32,000 nt of DNA from Candidatus Nitrosopumilus koreensis AR1 (GCF_000299365.1 NC_018655.1:1607965-1639964); one strand, 5' to 3'. Positions 17,501-27,049 are shown, counted from the stretch's first letter. The notes: generated from the sequence alone by a model not told the origin. Made by a program: numbers and translations.

Positions 17501-18076
17501 TTGTCTCAAATCATCAAAATGGATGAAGACCGGGTAAAGAAACTCGTCAGAGAATTAATCATTGAAGTTGGAGAAGATCCAACTCGTGAGGGCCTACGTG
17601 AAACTCCTGAAAGAATTGCAAACATGTACAAAGAAATCTTTTCTGGATATGATTCTGATTCAGAGTTGGCTGTTCAGTTCTCAGAAGATTCTGATGTAGT
17701 TATTGCACGTGATATCCAGTTTTACTCAATGTGTGAACATCACATGCTTCCGTTCTTTGGTAAAATACACATTGCATATTCACCAAATGGAAGAGTTTTT
17801 GGAATTTCAAAACTAGTAAGACTAGTAGAAAAATACTCAAAGAGACTCCAAATACAAGAACGACTAACAAAGAATATTGCAGATGAATTGTATTCTCAGG
17901 GTGTAAAAGGAGTGGTAGTTTTAGCTGATGCAGAACATCTTTGTATGAAAATGCGTGGTGTTAGAAATGATGCAACACTTTCCTCATCAGCATTTAGAGG
18001 AATTTATGAAAATAAAGAGGAAAAAGAGAGTATTATGACATTAATTCGAAAACGTGCCTCTGATTCTTCCTTTTGA
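17501..18076 (+). CDS. folE: GTP cyclohydrolase I
   Basis: EDPTREGLRETPERIANMYKEIFSGY, YSMCEHHMLPFFGKIHIAY, RLTKNIADEL, EAEHLCMKMRG-type signature (DAEHLCMKMRGVR). Confidence 0.95.
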   Translation: MSQIIKMDEDRVKKLVRELIIEVGEDPTREGLRETPERIANMYKEIFSGYDSDSELAVQFSEDSDVVIARDIQFYSMCEHHMLPFFGKIHIAYSPNGRVFGISKLVRLVEKYSKRLQIQERLTKNIADELYSQGVKGVVVLADAEHLCMKMRGVRNDATLSSSAFRGIYENKEEKESIMTLIRKRASDSSF

Positions 18077-18116
18077 CATATGAAAAATTAAATATCGATT
18101 ATATTTCAAAAAAATC

Positions 18117-18371
18117 ATGGATGATGGAAGAAAAATTGTTCACATTCCAAAAGAATCTTGGCCTAGTTTTACATGGTATGCAATTGAATTTGCAATAGTT
18201 CTTGCAGTCTGTATGCTGGTTGCAAGAGAGGTTGTTGGTACTCTCACAGAGTTATCCCCTGAAATTCAAAACTATATCTGGTGGGGAATTACTGGATTGA
18301 TCTTTTTAGCTTGGTACATTGGAATAAGAGGATTTATCCTAAAAAAGAAGATTCTAAAAAATAGATATTAG
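18117..18371 (+). CDS. Small membrane protein
   Basis: 84 aa; two hydrophobic helices. Confidence 0.65.
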   Translation: MDDGRKIVHIPKESWPSFTWYAIEFAIVLAVCMLVAREVVGTLTELSPEIQNYIWWGITGLIFLAWYIGIRGFILKKKILKNRY

Positions 18372-18373
18372 GA

Positions 18374-19048
18374 TTATTTTAGATATCTTGTTTTATCTGT
18401 AATGTTTGCTTTTTCAAATGCAATCTTTCTGTTGTTGCATGACTCACAAACCCCACAGTGAAATTTTTTGTTTGAATAACAACTCCAAGTTTTAAAGATG
18501 GAATTTCCCAATACTGTTTCTCCTTTCTTTAATAGATCACTTTTTGATAGTCTTTGTCTGTATGGAGACCAAATCTCTATTTTTTTTCTTAATTTTGAAT
18601 TAATCCCATCTATTTCTCCTTGATTAAACGCAGCCTCTAGCTTTTTTGCAAAAACCGGTCTGCAATCAGGATAGTGCTTGTCTCCAGTATGTGCTCCATA
18701 TACCACTAGGGATGCATTGAGTGTATATGCCCAGGCTGATGCAACAGATAGAAACACTGCATTTCTGATTGGAACTACAATAGAATACTCAAACTTGCTC
18801 GGAATCTTTCTTTTGGAACTTGTCAAAACATTAGAATTTCCATAAAGATCTTTCATAAAACCAATATCAATAATCTTGTGTTGTTTTAGTCCAAGTTTCT
18901 TTGCAAAAGTTTTTGCAGCAGAAATCTCCATACTTGCTTTTTGTCCATATGAAAAGGTAATTCCATACAACTCATATTTTGATTTCAGAAATGATACTGC
19001 ACAAACAGAGTCTATTCCTCCACTAAAAACAACAACTGCTTTTTTCAT
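18374..19048 (-). CDS. queC: 7-cyano-7-deazaguanine synthase
   Basis: PP-loop VVFSGGIDSVCAV; YGAHTGDKHYPDCRPVF; zinc site CWSCYSNKKFHCGVCESC. Confidence 0.92.
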   Translation of the reverse strand: MKKAVVVFSGGIDSVCAVSFLKSKYELYGITFSYGQKASMEISAAKTFAKKLGLKQHKIIDIGFMKDLYGNSNVLTSSKRKIPSKFEYSIVVPIRNAVFLSVASAWAYTLNASLVVYGAHTGDKHYPDCRPVFAKKLEAAFNQGEIDGINSKLRKKIEIWSPYRQRLSKSDLLKKGETVLGNSIFKTWSCYSNKKFHCGVCESCNNRKIAFEKANITDKTRYLK

Positions 19049-19059
19049 AATTCATCAAA

Positions 19060-19983
19060 TCATTTTCTTTTGTCTGCAGCACCCTTACTTGGTTTACAGA
19101 TTACTGTCTGGCACTTTGTATTTGCTGATGTAAATCCTTTTGACATTGCTGAACTGATCTTCTTCAAATTTGCAGAACTCTTGGAAAATGCGATTACAGA
19201 AGGTCCTGCACCACTAATTGTAACACCTAATGCCCCTGCTTTTAGAGCATTTTGTTTGACCTTGGAAAATCCTGGAATCATATGCTGTCTTGCGGGCTCT
19301 ACTATTACATCTTTAATAGAATTTCCAATCAAGTTAGGATCTTTTTTCATAAATCCTGCAACAATAGCTGATGCATTTGATAAATTCAAAATACTATCTG
19401 TTAATTTGATTTTCTTTGGAATGACGCCTCTTGAAACTTTTGTCTTTTTTTTAGGAACATCAAGTTTTGGAACAGCCACACACATTCTAAGATTTGTTGG
19501 AGGATCTATTCTAATTACTTGTAATGGATTTGTTTTGACAATTACAAACCCACCTAAAACAGAAGCAGCAACATTATCATAATGAACAGAACCTGCACTA
19601 GCTTTTTCACCAGAACCTGCAAATTCTACTAACGAATTTCCATCCAGTTTTAATTCAAATAATTTATCAAATGCTACTGCAGTAGCTGCAGCTGATGCAG
19701 CACTACTGCCCATCCCAAATCCTGCAGGAACACCTTTTTTGATTTTAATTTCAACACCACTCTTTATTTTGAATTTTTTTTTCATATTTTGAACAACTAA
19801 TCCTGCTGTGTTGTTTTGTGGTTCTGTTGGAATGTTGTCATCAGTAACTATTGTAATTCCACTTTTGGTTTTTGTTAGAGTCACTTCGTCGTAAAATGCA
19901 TCAATTGCCAAACCAAACACATCAAATCCTGGACCTAAATTTGCAGTAGATGAAGGTGCCTTTACTGTAATCTTTGATACCAC
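19060..19983 (-). CDS. thrB: GHMP kinase, homoserine-kinase-like
   Basis: APSSTANLGPGFDVFGLA and KKGVPAGFGMGSSAASAAA motifs; GVTISGAGPSVIAF near the C-terminus. Confidence 0.82.
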   Translation of the reverse strand: MVSKITVKAPSSTANLGPGFDVFGLAIDAFYDEVTLTKTKSGITIVTDDNIPTEPQNNTAGLVVQNMKKKFKIKSGVEIKIKKGVPAGFGMGSSAASAAATAVAFDKLFELKLDGNSLVEFAGSGEKASAGSVHYDNVAASVLGGFVIVKTNPLQVIRIDPPTNLRMCVAVPKLDVPKKKTKVSRGVIPKKIKLTDSILNLSNASAIVAGFMKKDPNLIGNSIKDVIVEPARQHMIPGFSKVKQNALKAGALGVTISGAGPSVIAFSKSSANLKKISSAMSKGFTSANTKCQTVICKPSKGAADKRK

Positions 19984-20756
19984 TAATCTTCTACCTCCTC
20001 ACCCAAGTTAAGAATTCTGCTAAGAGCTCCCTCCAAATTGACAAACCCATCACCAGTCACATTTGAAATTGGAATCAATCCTTGGGCAAATCCACTCAGA
20101 TTCAAACCTCTCAAAATGTTTGTTGTTAATGTATAGGTATCACCATCTGCATCTTTTGCAATAGCATTCTCTAGTGTGCTCAAACTAGTTGACCATTGTA
20201 GAATATTTTTGAGATTTGCTCCAATGAGATCGGTTTTTGTTAATACATTAACTGTTGGCAAGTTCAAACGTAATCTAATTGATGTTGCCAGAAGTGCAAT
20301 TGAAACAAAATTTACTGGAGTTGTAATTAATGCACCATCAAAAAGAAAAATACTTGTTTTCTCTTCTGATGAAATATTATCTATTAGAAAACGTCCACTA
20401 GAACGATACGCAAATAACTCAATTTGACCTGGAGTGTCAACTATTAGATAATCAGGATTTACTCTGTTTACTTCATTCTGAATGTCATCAATCTTTGATG
20501 CGATCAAATCTGCAGCCATTACTACTGCACCATTGGGACCAAGATCATATTGTTGCATGATAGATACAATGTCTACAAAATCTCTTACATCAACATCACA
20601 ACTGTATGACAAGTTTTCTACTCCTGGATCTAAATTCAAAATAGACGTAAAGGCTCCATTCTTTGTATAGTAATCATACAGTTTTGATGACAGCAATGAT
20701 TTTCCAGATCCAGCAGTTCCAGAAACAAAAATAGTTTTCAATCCAGTCTGATTCAT
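19983..20756 (-). CDS. GPN-loop GTPase
   Basis: FVSGTAGSGKSLL (P-loop), NLDPG, QQYDLGPNGAVV (GPN loop), IVDTPGQIELF, NVLTKTDL. ORF extends to 20825, but the internal ATG at 20756 is the more plausible start. Confidence 0.88.
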   Translation of the reverse strand: MNQTGLKTIFVSGTAGSGKSLLSSKLYDYYTKNGAFTSILNLDPGVENLSYSCDVDVRDFVDIVSIMQQYDLGPNGAVVMAADLIASKIDDIQNEVNRVNPDYLIVDTPGQIELFAYRSSGRFLIDNISSEEKTSIFLFDGALITTPVNFVSIALLATSIRLRLNLPTVNVLTKTDLIGANLKNILQWSTSLSTLENAIAKDADGDTYTLTTNILRGLNLSGFAQGLIPISNVTGDGFVNLEGALSRILNLGEEVED

Positions 20757-20878
20757 AATTTGCTTATATTTCAAACTAGCTTGATTATGATCATCTAATC
20801 TATGAAAATACCAAATTGGTATCAAAAATCATAATTAAATTCCACTTGATCTTTAACTAAGAAAATTATACCTTATTT

Positions 20879-21034
20879 GTGATTCAAAGCGTATTTGAAA
20901 AAGAAACACGTCTCAAAGAACTAGTTGTAAAATTACTTGAGGAAAACAAATTATCTGATTTTGAGTTACTGGATTCATTATTTGGTGAAATCAGAGAGGA
21001 GCTTCAAAAACACCAAAAATCATCAATTCCATAG
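20879..21034 (+). CDS. Small ORF (51 aa) with GTG start, absent from the supplied track
   Basis: Reads MIQSVFEKETRLKELVVKLLEENKLSDFELLDSLFGEIREELQKHQKSSIP*; amphipathic, fills the gap. Confidence 0.45.
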   Translation: MIQSVFEKETRLKELVVKLLEENKLSDFELLDSLFGEIREELQKHQKSSIP

Positions 21035-21121
21035 AAAATTTGTGCCTAACTTTAGGCGTAAAAAAATCTCCACAGTCAGATTTCTCAACTTTCATATTTG
21101 ATTCTTCAAAAAAATCATTAA

Positions 21122-22138
21122 ATGAATTGGAGACTTGCAGCTATTCCTGCTACCCTTATACCTATTTTCATTATAGCTATTCAATTTGATATTAAATTAG
21201 AAGATGTGTTAGCAATTGGGTTTTTTCCATTTATTGGTGCTGTTGTCGCAATGCTGATTAAGTTGGGTCTACAAGGAGTCAAATTTGCATACATTACAAG
21301 AAAATATCTTGGTAGTTTTGATTCTTTTTTGAAACTAACTGGTGTTCGTGTTGGTAGCGAATTTATCAAATTTACAACTCCAATGTTTATTGGTGCAGAG
21401 TTTATTGTGATCTATTATTTGCACAAAAAGGGTGTAAAACCATCCAAATCAACATGGATTGCCATCATGGATATAGTGACAGAAGTTTTTGCAGGCGGTT
21501 TGTTATCTATAATGGCAGGAATAATTGCATTGTTAAATGGTGCATATGTAGTTGCAGCAGTGGTTTTAGGAACTAGTATTATTGTAACATCTCTATGGAT
21601 GGTGCTCTTCTTTTTATCATCTAAACGTACATTCCAAGTTCCCAAGATTCTGGGAAATCTTGTTAAAAGATTTGGAAAAGAAAAAGGTGTAAAGTATATT
21701 GACCAAACAAACTCTTGGATGAAAGAAGTATGTACAATGAGTAGAGAAAACCTAAAAACTTCTGAATCAAAAAAAGTTTTCACAATATCATTCTTCTTCT
21801 CACTTGCATCATGGTCATTTTATGGTATCTCATTTATGATAATTGGGCTAGGAACTGGATATGTTGTTAGTGCGTTTGATTCTATTATGGCAGTAATGGG
21901 TGCAAATGCAATTGGAAATCTTCCAATTACCATAGGCGGTTCAGGTCTTGCTGAATTTGGAATTGTAGCATATCTAAATAACCTAAATCCATTTGACTTT
22001 GATATTTCTGAAGGTGGTCTTGCTTGGGATGCAGTAATAGGCTGGAGAATTGCAACATACTACGTGCCAATTGTGGTTACTTGGTTGCTTTTAGTAAAGT
22101 TGGCCTTGAGTAGAATTTCAAAACCTCAAGCTACATAG
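21122..22138 (+). CDS. Flippase-like integral membrane protein (UPF0104/LPG synthase TM-like)
   Basis: Multiple TM helices with GVKFAYITRKYLGSFDSFLKLTGVRVGSEFIKFTTPMFIGAEF and NLPITIGGSGLAEFGIVAY. Confidence 0.8.
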   Translation: MNWRLAAIPATLIPIFIIAIQFDIKLEDVLAIGFFPFIGAVVAMLIKLGLQGVKFAYITRKYLGSFDSFLKLTGVRVGSEFIKFTTPMFIGAEFIVIYYLHKKGVKPSKSTWIAIMDIVTEVFAGGLLSIMAGIIALLNGAYVVAAVVLGTSIIVTSLWMVLFFLSSKRTFQVPKILGNLVKRFGKEKGVKYIDQTNSWMKEVCTMSRENLKTSESKKVFTISFFFSLASWSFYGISFMIIGLGTGYVVSAFDSIMAVMGANAIGNLPITIGGSGLAEFGIVAYLNNLNPFDFDISEGGLAWDAVIGWRIATYYVPIVVTWLLLVKLALSRISKPQAT

Positions 22139-22173
22139 AAACCACTTTATCTATAAACGATTTTTTTTGATTT

Positions 22174-22968
22174 GTGGATTTCAAAAATAAAACTATTCTA
22201 ATAACTGGTGCTTCATCTGGGATTGGGAAACAGACTGCAATTGAATTTGCAAAATTGGGTGCTAACATAATTCTAGTTGCAAGAAGAAAAGAAAAGCTTG
22301 ATGAACTTGCAAATGAATTAAAAAAATTCAGTATCGTAACTCTTGTTTGTCAGTGTGATGTATCAAATAAAGAACAAGTAAAAGAAATGTCAAAAACTGT
22401 TTTAGAAAAATTTGACTCTATTGATGTGTTAGTAAATAATGCAGGTTTTGCAATATATGGTTCTGTAAAAGAACTATCTATTGATGAAATAGAATCCCAA
22501 ATGGAAACAAATTACTTTGGAATGGTATATTGTATCAAAAATTTTCTTCCATTTATGTTGGAAAAAAAATCTGGTCATATTGTTAATGTTGCTTCGGTTG
22601 CTGCAAGCTTTGGTCTTCCAGGAATTGCATCTTACTGTGCATCAAAATTTGCAATGCTGGGATTCTCAGAAGGTCTCAAACATGAACTAAAAGATACTGG
22701 AGTGGGAATTACCGTAGTTAGCCCAATAATGGTTAGAACAGATTTCTTTGATCATCCTTCTTTTGAAAAAATGCCAAAATATTCTCCAACATCACTTAGT
22801 TCTAATACTGTAGCAAAAGCAATTCTAAGGGCTGCAAATTCTTCAAGACTGGAAATTATTGTTCCTTCTGTAGTAAGGGGTGCTGTTTGGTTAAAACATA
22901 CCTTTCCTTATTTCATAAATCCTATTATAGGAAAATCTTTCAAAAAACAATTAGATTCTGTAGAATGA
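22174..22968 (+). CDS. Short-chain dehydrogenase/reductase (SDR)
   Basis: ILITGASSGIGKQTA, DVLVNNAGFAIYG, SYCASKFAMLGFSEGLKHEL. Confidence 0.92.
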   Translation: MDFKNKTILITGASSGIGKQTAIEFAKLGANIILVARRKEKLDELANELKKFSIVTLVCQCDVSNKEQVKEMSKTVLEKFDSIDVLVNNAGFAIYGSVKELSIDEIESQMETNYFGMVYCIKNFLPFMLEKKSGHIVNVASVAASFGLPGIASYCASKFAMLGFSEGLKHELKDTGVGITVVSPIMVRTDFFDHPSFEKMPKYSPTSLSSNTVAKAILRAANSSRLEIIVPSVVRGAVWLKHTFPYFINPIIGKSFKKQLDSVE

Positions 22969-22975
22969 TTTTAAA

Positions 22976-23380
22976 TTATTCTTCAGCGTCATCATCTTCG
23001 GCTTCACTAGAGCCTACATCTAACAATTCAAGTGATTTTAAATCAAATTGGTAAATTGCATTCATTTCAATCTCTTTTTCCTTTTCTAAATACTCTGAGA
23101 CTTTTTTGCTAAGTGGTGCTTTGTGTTGGTCAAAAACAAATTCATAAACTTCTCCTTTCAACAAGTCATCCATTTTGATGCTTTTTGGAACATTCATAGT
23201 AACTATATGTCGTCCATCTTCTACTGCATCATACAACTGAACATCAATTTTGTTATCTTCATAATAAAATTCTAAAATGTATCCTGATTTTTTTAATTCC
23301 TCAGGTTTCTTAAATTTTGCATTTTGGATTTCATCTGTAACCCATTCAGGAATTTCATCTTCTTTCTTCTTTTTTACCAT
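22976..23380 (-). CDS. Conserved hypothetical acidic protein
   Basis: 134 aa, no recognised domain; acidic C-terminus SSEAEDDDAEE. Confidence 0.65.
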   Translation of the reverse strand: MVKKKKEDEIPEWVTDEIQNAKFKKPEELKKSGYILEFYYEDNKIDVQLYDAVEDGRHIVTMNVPKSIKMDDLLKGEVYEFVFDQHKAPLSKKVSEYLEKEKEIEMNAIYQFDLKSLELLDVGSSEAEDDDAEE

Positions 23381-23391
23381 AATAACTCACG

Positions 23392-23703
23392 CTAATTTTC
23401 TGCTTTTTCTTTCTTACTTTTTGACCACCATTCTAAATAGTCGTCATGTTTATCATCACGTGTTCTTTCTTTTTGGTTGAGTTTGTATCTGATATCTGAA
23501 ACTTGTTCTCTAGTAGCATAAAGGCCACATCGCTTACAGACAAAATTTCTTCTATTCTTCTCATCCATTTTCATTGGAATGTCAATTTCATCATATAATT
23601 TGAAAAGATCCTCTCTGCTTCTTTCTTCTTCAGGAACTTCTGATTCATATTTTTCTTGAATCTTTTTTCTCTCTCTGTGTGTACATTCTGGACAGTTAGG
23701 CAC
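23392..23703 (-). CDS. Hypothetical protein with zinc-binding cysteine pairs
   Basis: CPECTHRE ... FVCKRCGLYATREQVSD. Confidence 0.7.
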   Translation of the reverse strand: MPNCPECTHRERKKIQEKYESEVPEEERSREDLFKLYDEIDIPMKMDEKNRRNFVCKRCGLYATREQVSDIRYKLNQKERTRDDKHDDYLEWWSKSKKEKAEN

Positions 23704-23763
23704 TGATGATTTGACTTAATTTTTTCCATAAAAGCGTTCCCACATTGTTAACTGATCGATATA

Positions 23764-23833
23764 CATCTGACACGCGGATTTTTTCATCATCCCTTTCGGT
23801 CCGTTCGCCCATCGAAATCCCGCGTGCCAGATG
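23764..23833 (-). ncRNA. Long imperfect hairpin, candidate structured RNA, leader or 3'-end element
   Basis: CATCTGACACGC (23764-23775) pairs with GCGTGCCAGATG (23822-23833), continuing after a 1-nt bulge as GGATTT/AAATCC; the single A/C mismatch on the plus strand becomes G-U on the minus strand. Confidence 0.5.
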
Positions 23834-23856
23834 AGCAAAATTCAAAAAATAATGTA

Positions 23857-25092
23857 TTATCTCTTTTCTTCCAAGGTTTGGGCAGCAATCTTCGCTGAAT
23901 TTTCAGCACCATCTGGAACAAAATTTTTAGAAAATTCCCTTAAATTCCCTGAAAATTCCTCGTAATTCTCTCTAATTTTGAAAATTCCCTCAATTACTTG
24001 ATTTGTTTTTGTAGCTAATACTCCTAGATTCTTCTCCTGAGCCCATCTGATGTTGTTTGTATGCTCATCATAGATTGGGATTCCGATAATAGGTTTTGAC
24101 TTTCCACCCATGATTTCACCCATAACAGTATGAGAACCATTTACTACTGCATATCTGCATAAATCCAACACGGTATCTTTTTCTTGCTCCGACAGAAATC
24201 CAACATCAATCTGAATCCAATCTATTTTTTTGTCTAGTGCATCAGATATTGAATATCTTTTTCCGTCTTTTCCAATCACTGAATCAATTTTTGGATCATT
24301 TCTTGCATGAGAAATAATTCTTCTTTCATTTTTCATCTTATCTTGTTGAAATACTTCTTCATATCTTTGACCTGTTCCATCATTTGTTGATTTGTTTCCT
24401 GTTCTCATCCAATAACCAAATTCACTATTTTCGATTAGTTTTTCAAGATCAGAACTTTCAACTTTGTTAATTTTTTTGCTATTTGTAAAGTGTCCAACAT
24501 AAATTACTTTTTCTTCAGCTTCTTTTATGAAATTTAGGTTATACTCACACATTGTATATGGTGGTGGAGAATCTGCGACAAGAATTTTTGTTGCTTTTAA
24601 AATCTGTTTTGCAATAAAAATTAGTGATGGATATAGATATGATCTGGAATTATACAATTTGGGTCTAAATTGATTTGTTATAAATAAACTTGGTATGTTT
24701 CTATTTTTTGCTAAGATATTTGATCCCATGTCTCCATCATTAATTACCAAATCAAATTTTTCTTTGTCGTAGAGCTTTCTTTCTTCTCTAAGATAATTTG
24801 CAATTTGCCTAACTAGAGGTGGATTTTTTGAGATTGGTAGTAACAAATTCATCAAGGACATTGAAACACTTGGACCAAACTTCCCGTCAATTGGAGTTGG
24901 CATCAAAATTTCATGAATTTTTTCCCTTTGATCTGGGAATCTTTTTAGTAATTTTTCATACACATGATCCTTGCTTGAAAAATGAACCTCGAACTCTTCT
25001 TTGATGTATTTTCCAAGAACTTCGTTTAGTCTCATCATTCTAGAATAATGGCCACTTCCCCACGGGTAGATGAATTCTCCTATTTTGAGCAC
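23857..25092 (-). CDS. Glycosyltransferase-like protein (MJ1255/COG1819-like)
   Basis: EFIYPWGSGHYSRMMRLNEVL, FDLVINDGDMGSNILAK, VNGSHTVMGEIMGGKSKPIIGIPIYDEHTNNIRWAQEKNLG. Confidence 0.78.
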   Translation of the reverse strand: MLKIGEFIYPWGSGHYSRMMRLNEVLGKYIKEEFEVHFSSKDHVYEKLLKRFPDQREKIHEILMPTPIDGKFGPSVSMSLMNLLLPISKNPPLVRQIANYLREERKLYDKEKFDLVINDGDMGSNILAKNRNIPSLFITNQFRPKLYNSRSYLYPSLIFIAKQILKATKILVADSPPPYTMCEYNLNFIKEAEEKVIYVGHFTNSKKINKVESSDLEKLIENSEFGYWMRTGNKSTNDGTGQRYEEVFQQDKMKNERRIISHARNDPKIDSVIGKDGKRYSISDALDKKIDWIQIDVGFLSEQEKDTVLDLCRYAVVNGSHTVMGEIMGGKSKPIIGIPIYDEHTNNIRWAQEKNLGVLATKTNQVIEGIFKIRENYEEFSGNLREFSKNFVPDGAENSAKIAAQTLEEKR

Positions 25093-25123
25093 AATATTGA
25101 AACCAAATATGCCGTTTAAATTC

Positions 25124-26239
25124 TCAGTGATTTTCTTCTAGCGAATCTAAAATATCGTGAACATTGTTTGGTCCTACCTGAATAGAAATCATTTTTTTAG
25201 TTTTTTGGGCATTTTCGACTTGTTTTTTTGCAAAAGATGGAATTTCATAGGAGCTAATAGTCACAATCTTTTCTAATTTCTTTATACTTTTTTCCAAACC
25301 GATTTCTTTTGCTTCCTCAAACAAACTTGTGTCTACGCCAGATAATGGAATTAATGGAATTTTCTTTTTTGTAAATACTAGTTTTAATGCATTATCAATA
25401 AAATCTGAAGAAAATACCAGTGGTGATAAAGCCAACGACACTCGTTTATTTGAGTATTGTAACATTATCTCTAAAATTGAATTCACATATGTCAAATAAT
25501 TCTTGATTCCATTTGGATTTATTTTTAGATGAAAGAATTCTAATTCAATTTTTTCTTGAACGAGTCTTGGAATAATTTGGTTTAGAACTTTAGCTAAATT
25601 CATTAATTCAGATTTCTGTCTATAACAAACTATTACTTTTGTATCATATCCTTGTTTTATTGTTTCATAACAAGATACTGCAGATAATTCGTCATATACT
25701 GCACAAATTGTCTTTTGACTTTGTGATTGATATGGAATTCCACCTTTTCCTTTATCTGAAAATATGCAGATATATGCATTATTTTTTGTAAGATATGTAT
25801 ACAACAATTTGTCATAATCTAGATCAGTTCCTGGATGAGCACCCAGCTTTGATTTTTTTTCTATAATATTTGATGTTGCAGCAATCTCCACATCTTTTGC
25901 AAGAAAACCTTTTGATGTTCCTTCAACCCTGACTAAGAATTTTTCACCTTTTAGGAGAAGATTCCCTCCTATAGAAGTAATTTCAGAAACAATATTTTGA
26001 TAATTATTTTTTATTTGTTTTGCAATTGCAATCTCTTTTATTCCAAAAAGCATATTGATTGCAGATGATGCAAATACAGGATCATTGGCATCTACTAGAA
26101 TAATTTCTCCATCACGTTTAACTGAATTGAATTGTTGATTTTTTATCTTCAAAATTTTTTTGATATTTGAAATTAGTTGTGGAATTTTATTTTTTGAAAA
26201 TATGGTTGGAAAAACTACTACATATGACATTTCATCCAT
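25124..26239 (-). CDS. ThiI/THUMP-like protein with degenerate PP-loop region
   Basis: THUMP-like MLFGIKEIAIAKQIKNNYQNIVSEITSIG...FLVRVEGTSKGFLAKDVEIAATSNI...KGKGGIPYQSQ, followed by a Rossmann-like region without SGGxDS. ORF extends to 26314; internal ATG (MDEMSYVVVF) at 26239 is the more plausible start. Confidence 0.7.
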   Translation of the reverse strand: MDEMSYVVVFPTIFSKNKIPQLISNIKKILKIKNQQFNSVKRDGEIILVDANDPVFASSAINMLFGIKEIAIAKQIKNNYQNIVSEITSIGGNLLLKGEKFLVRVEGTSKGFLAKDVEIAATSNIIEKKSKLGAHPGTDLDYDKLLYTYLTKNNAYICIFSDKGKGGIPYQSQSQKTICAVYDELSAVSCYETIKQGYDTKVIVCYRQKSELMNLAKVLNQIIPRLVQEKIELEFFHLKINPNGIKNYLTYVNSILEIMLQYSNKRVSLALSPLVFSSDFIDNALKLVFTKKKIPLIPLSGVDTSLFEEAKEIGLEKSIKKLEKIVTISSYEIPSFAKKQVENAQKTKKMISIQVGPNNVHDILDSLEENH

Positions 26240-26322
26240 ATTTTCTATTTGAAAATATACTTGTTTATAATTTAGGACAAAATTCGGGTAATCAATATAA
26301 AACAAATACTTCAATTGAATGT

Positions 26323-27048
26323 GTGACTAGATTTACGCAAGAACAAATTTATGATCTTAACTCAAAGATAAAGACAGCTGAAGAAGCTCTTCAATGGGTA
26401 TCAGATAACCTTCATCCTAAAGTTGCAAAAGCTTCTAGCTTTGGCGCTGAAGATGCAGTTGTTATGGATATGATGCTAAAAATTAATCCTAAATTCAGGT
26501 TTTTTACATTAGATACAGGACGATTGCCACAAGAGACCTATGATATTATGGATGTCTTGAGAAAAAAATACAACATTACAATAGAAGTGTTGTTTCCTGA
26601 TACCAAAGAAGTTGAAGACATGGTTAAAGAGAAAGGCCTTAATCTGTTCTATGAAAGTGTTGAAAACAGAAAACTTTGCTGTGAAATACGTAAAGTACAT
26701 CCAATGAACAAAATGTTAAGCACTCTAGATGGATGGATTACTGGACTACGACGAGAACAGACCAAAATCAGAGAAGACGTTACAATGTTTCAACTTGATC
26801 ATGGTCATGGTGGTATCCTAAAGATTAACCCAATAATTGATTGGACATGGGATCAGATTCAAGAACATATCAAAAAACACAACTTGCCATACAATAGCCT
26901 TCTTGACAAAGGTTATCCCAGTATTGGATGTGAACCTTGTACACGACCAATAAAACCTGGAGAAGACATTCGAGCAGGAAGATGGTGGTGGGAACAAGGA
27001 GAGCACAAAGAGTGTGGCCTTCATATAGAGCGTAAAAATGAGGATTAA
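26323..27048 (+). CDS. cysH: APS/PAPS reductase (phosphoadenylylsulfate reductase family, Fe-S type)
   Basis: [40 protein letters not shown]...[23 protein letters not shown]; CC...CxxC cysteine set of 4Fe-4S APS reductases. GTG at about 26323 fits the conserved N-terminus; ORF track opens at 26167. Confidence 0.88.
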   Translation: MTRFTQEQIYDLNSKIKTAEEALQWVSDNLHPKVAKASSFGAEDAVVMDMMLKINPKFRFFTLDTGRLPQETYDIMDVLRKKYNITIEVLFPDTKEVEDMVKEKGLNLFYESVENRKLCCEIRKVHPMNKMLSTLDGWITGLRREQTKIREDVTMFQLDHGHGGILKINPIIDWTWDQIQEHIKKHNLPYNSLLDKGYPSIGCEPCTRPIKPGEDIRAGRWWWEQGEHKECGLHIERKNED

Positions 27049-27049
27049 C

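Noticed and set aside
15118-20670. ORFs 15118-15429 (-), 18876-19133 (+), 19070-19582 (+), 20176-20427 (+), 20482-20670 (+)
   Set aside because: All overlap well-supported genes on the opposite strand and show no domain features; 19070-19582 is long but antisense to the GHMP kinase.
23764-23833. tRNA gene or complete C/D box sRNA at the 23.8 kb hairpin
   Set aside because: No T-arm/D-arm/anticodon arrangement. ATGATGA could be box C, but no CTGA box D follows at a suitable place on the same strand.
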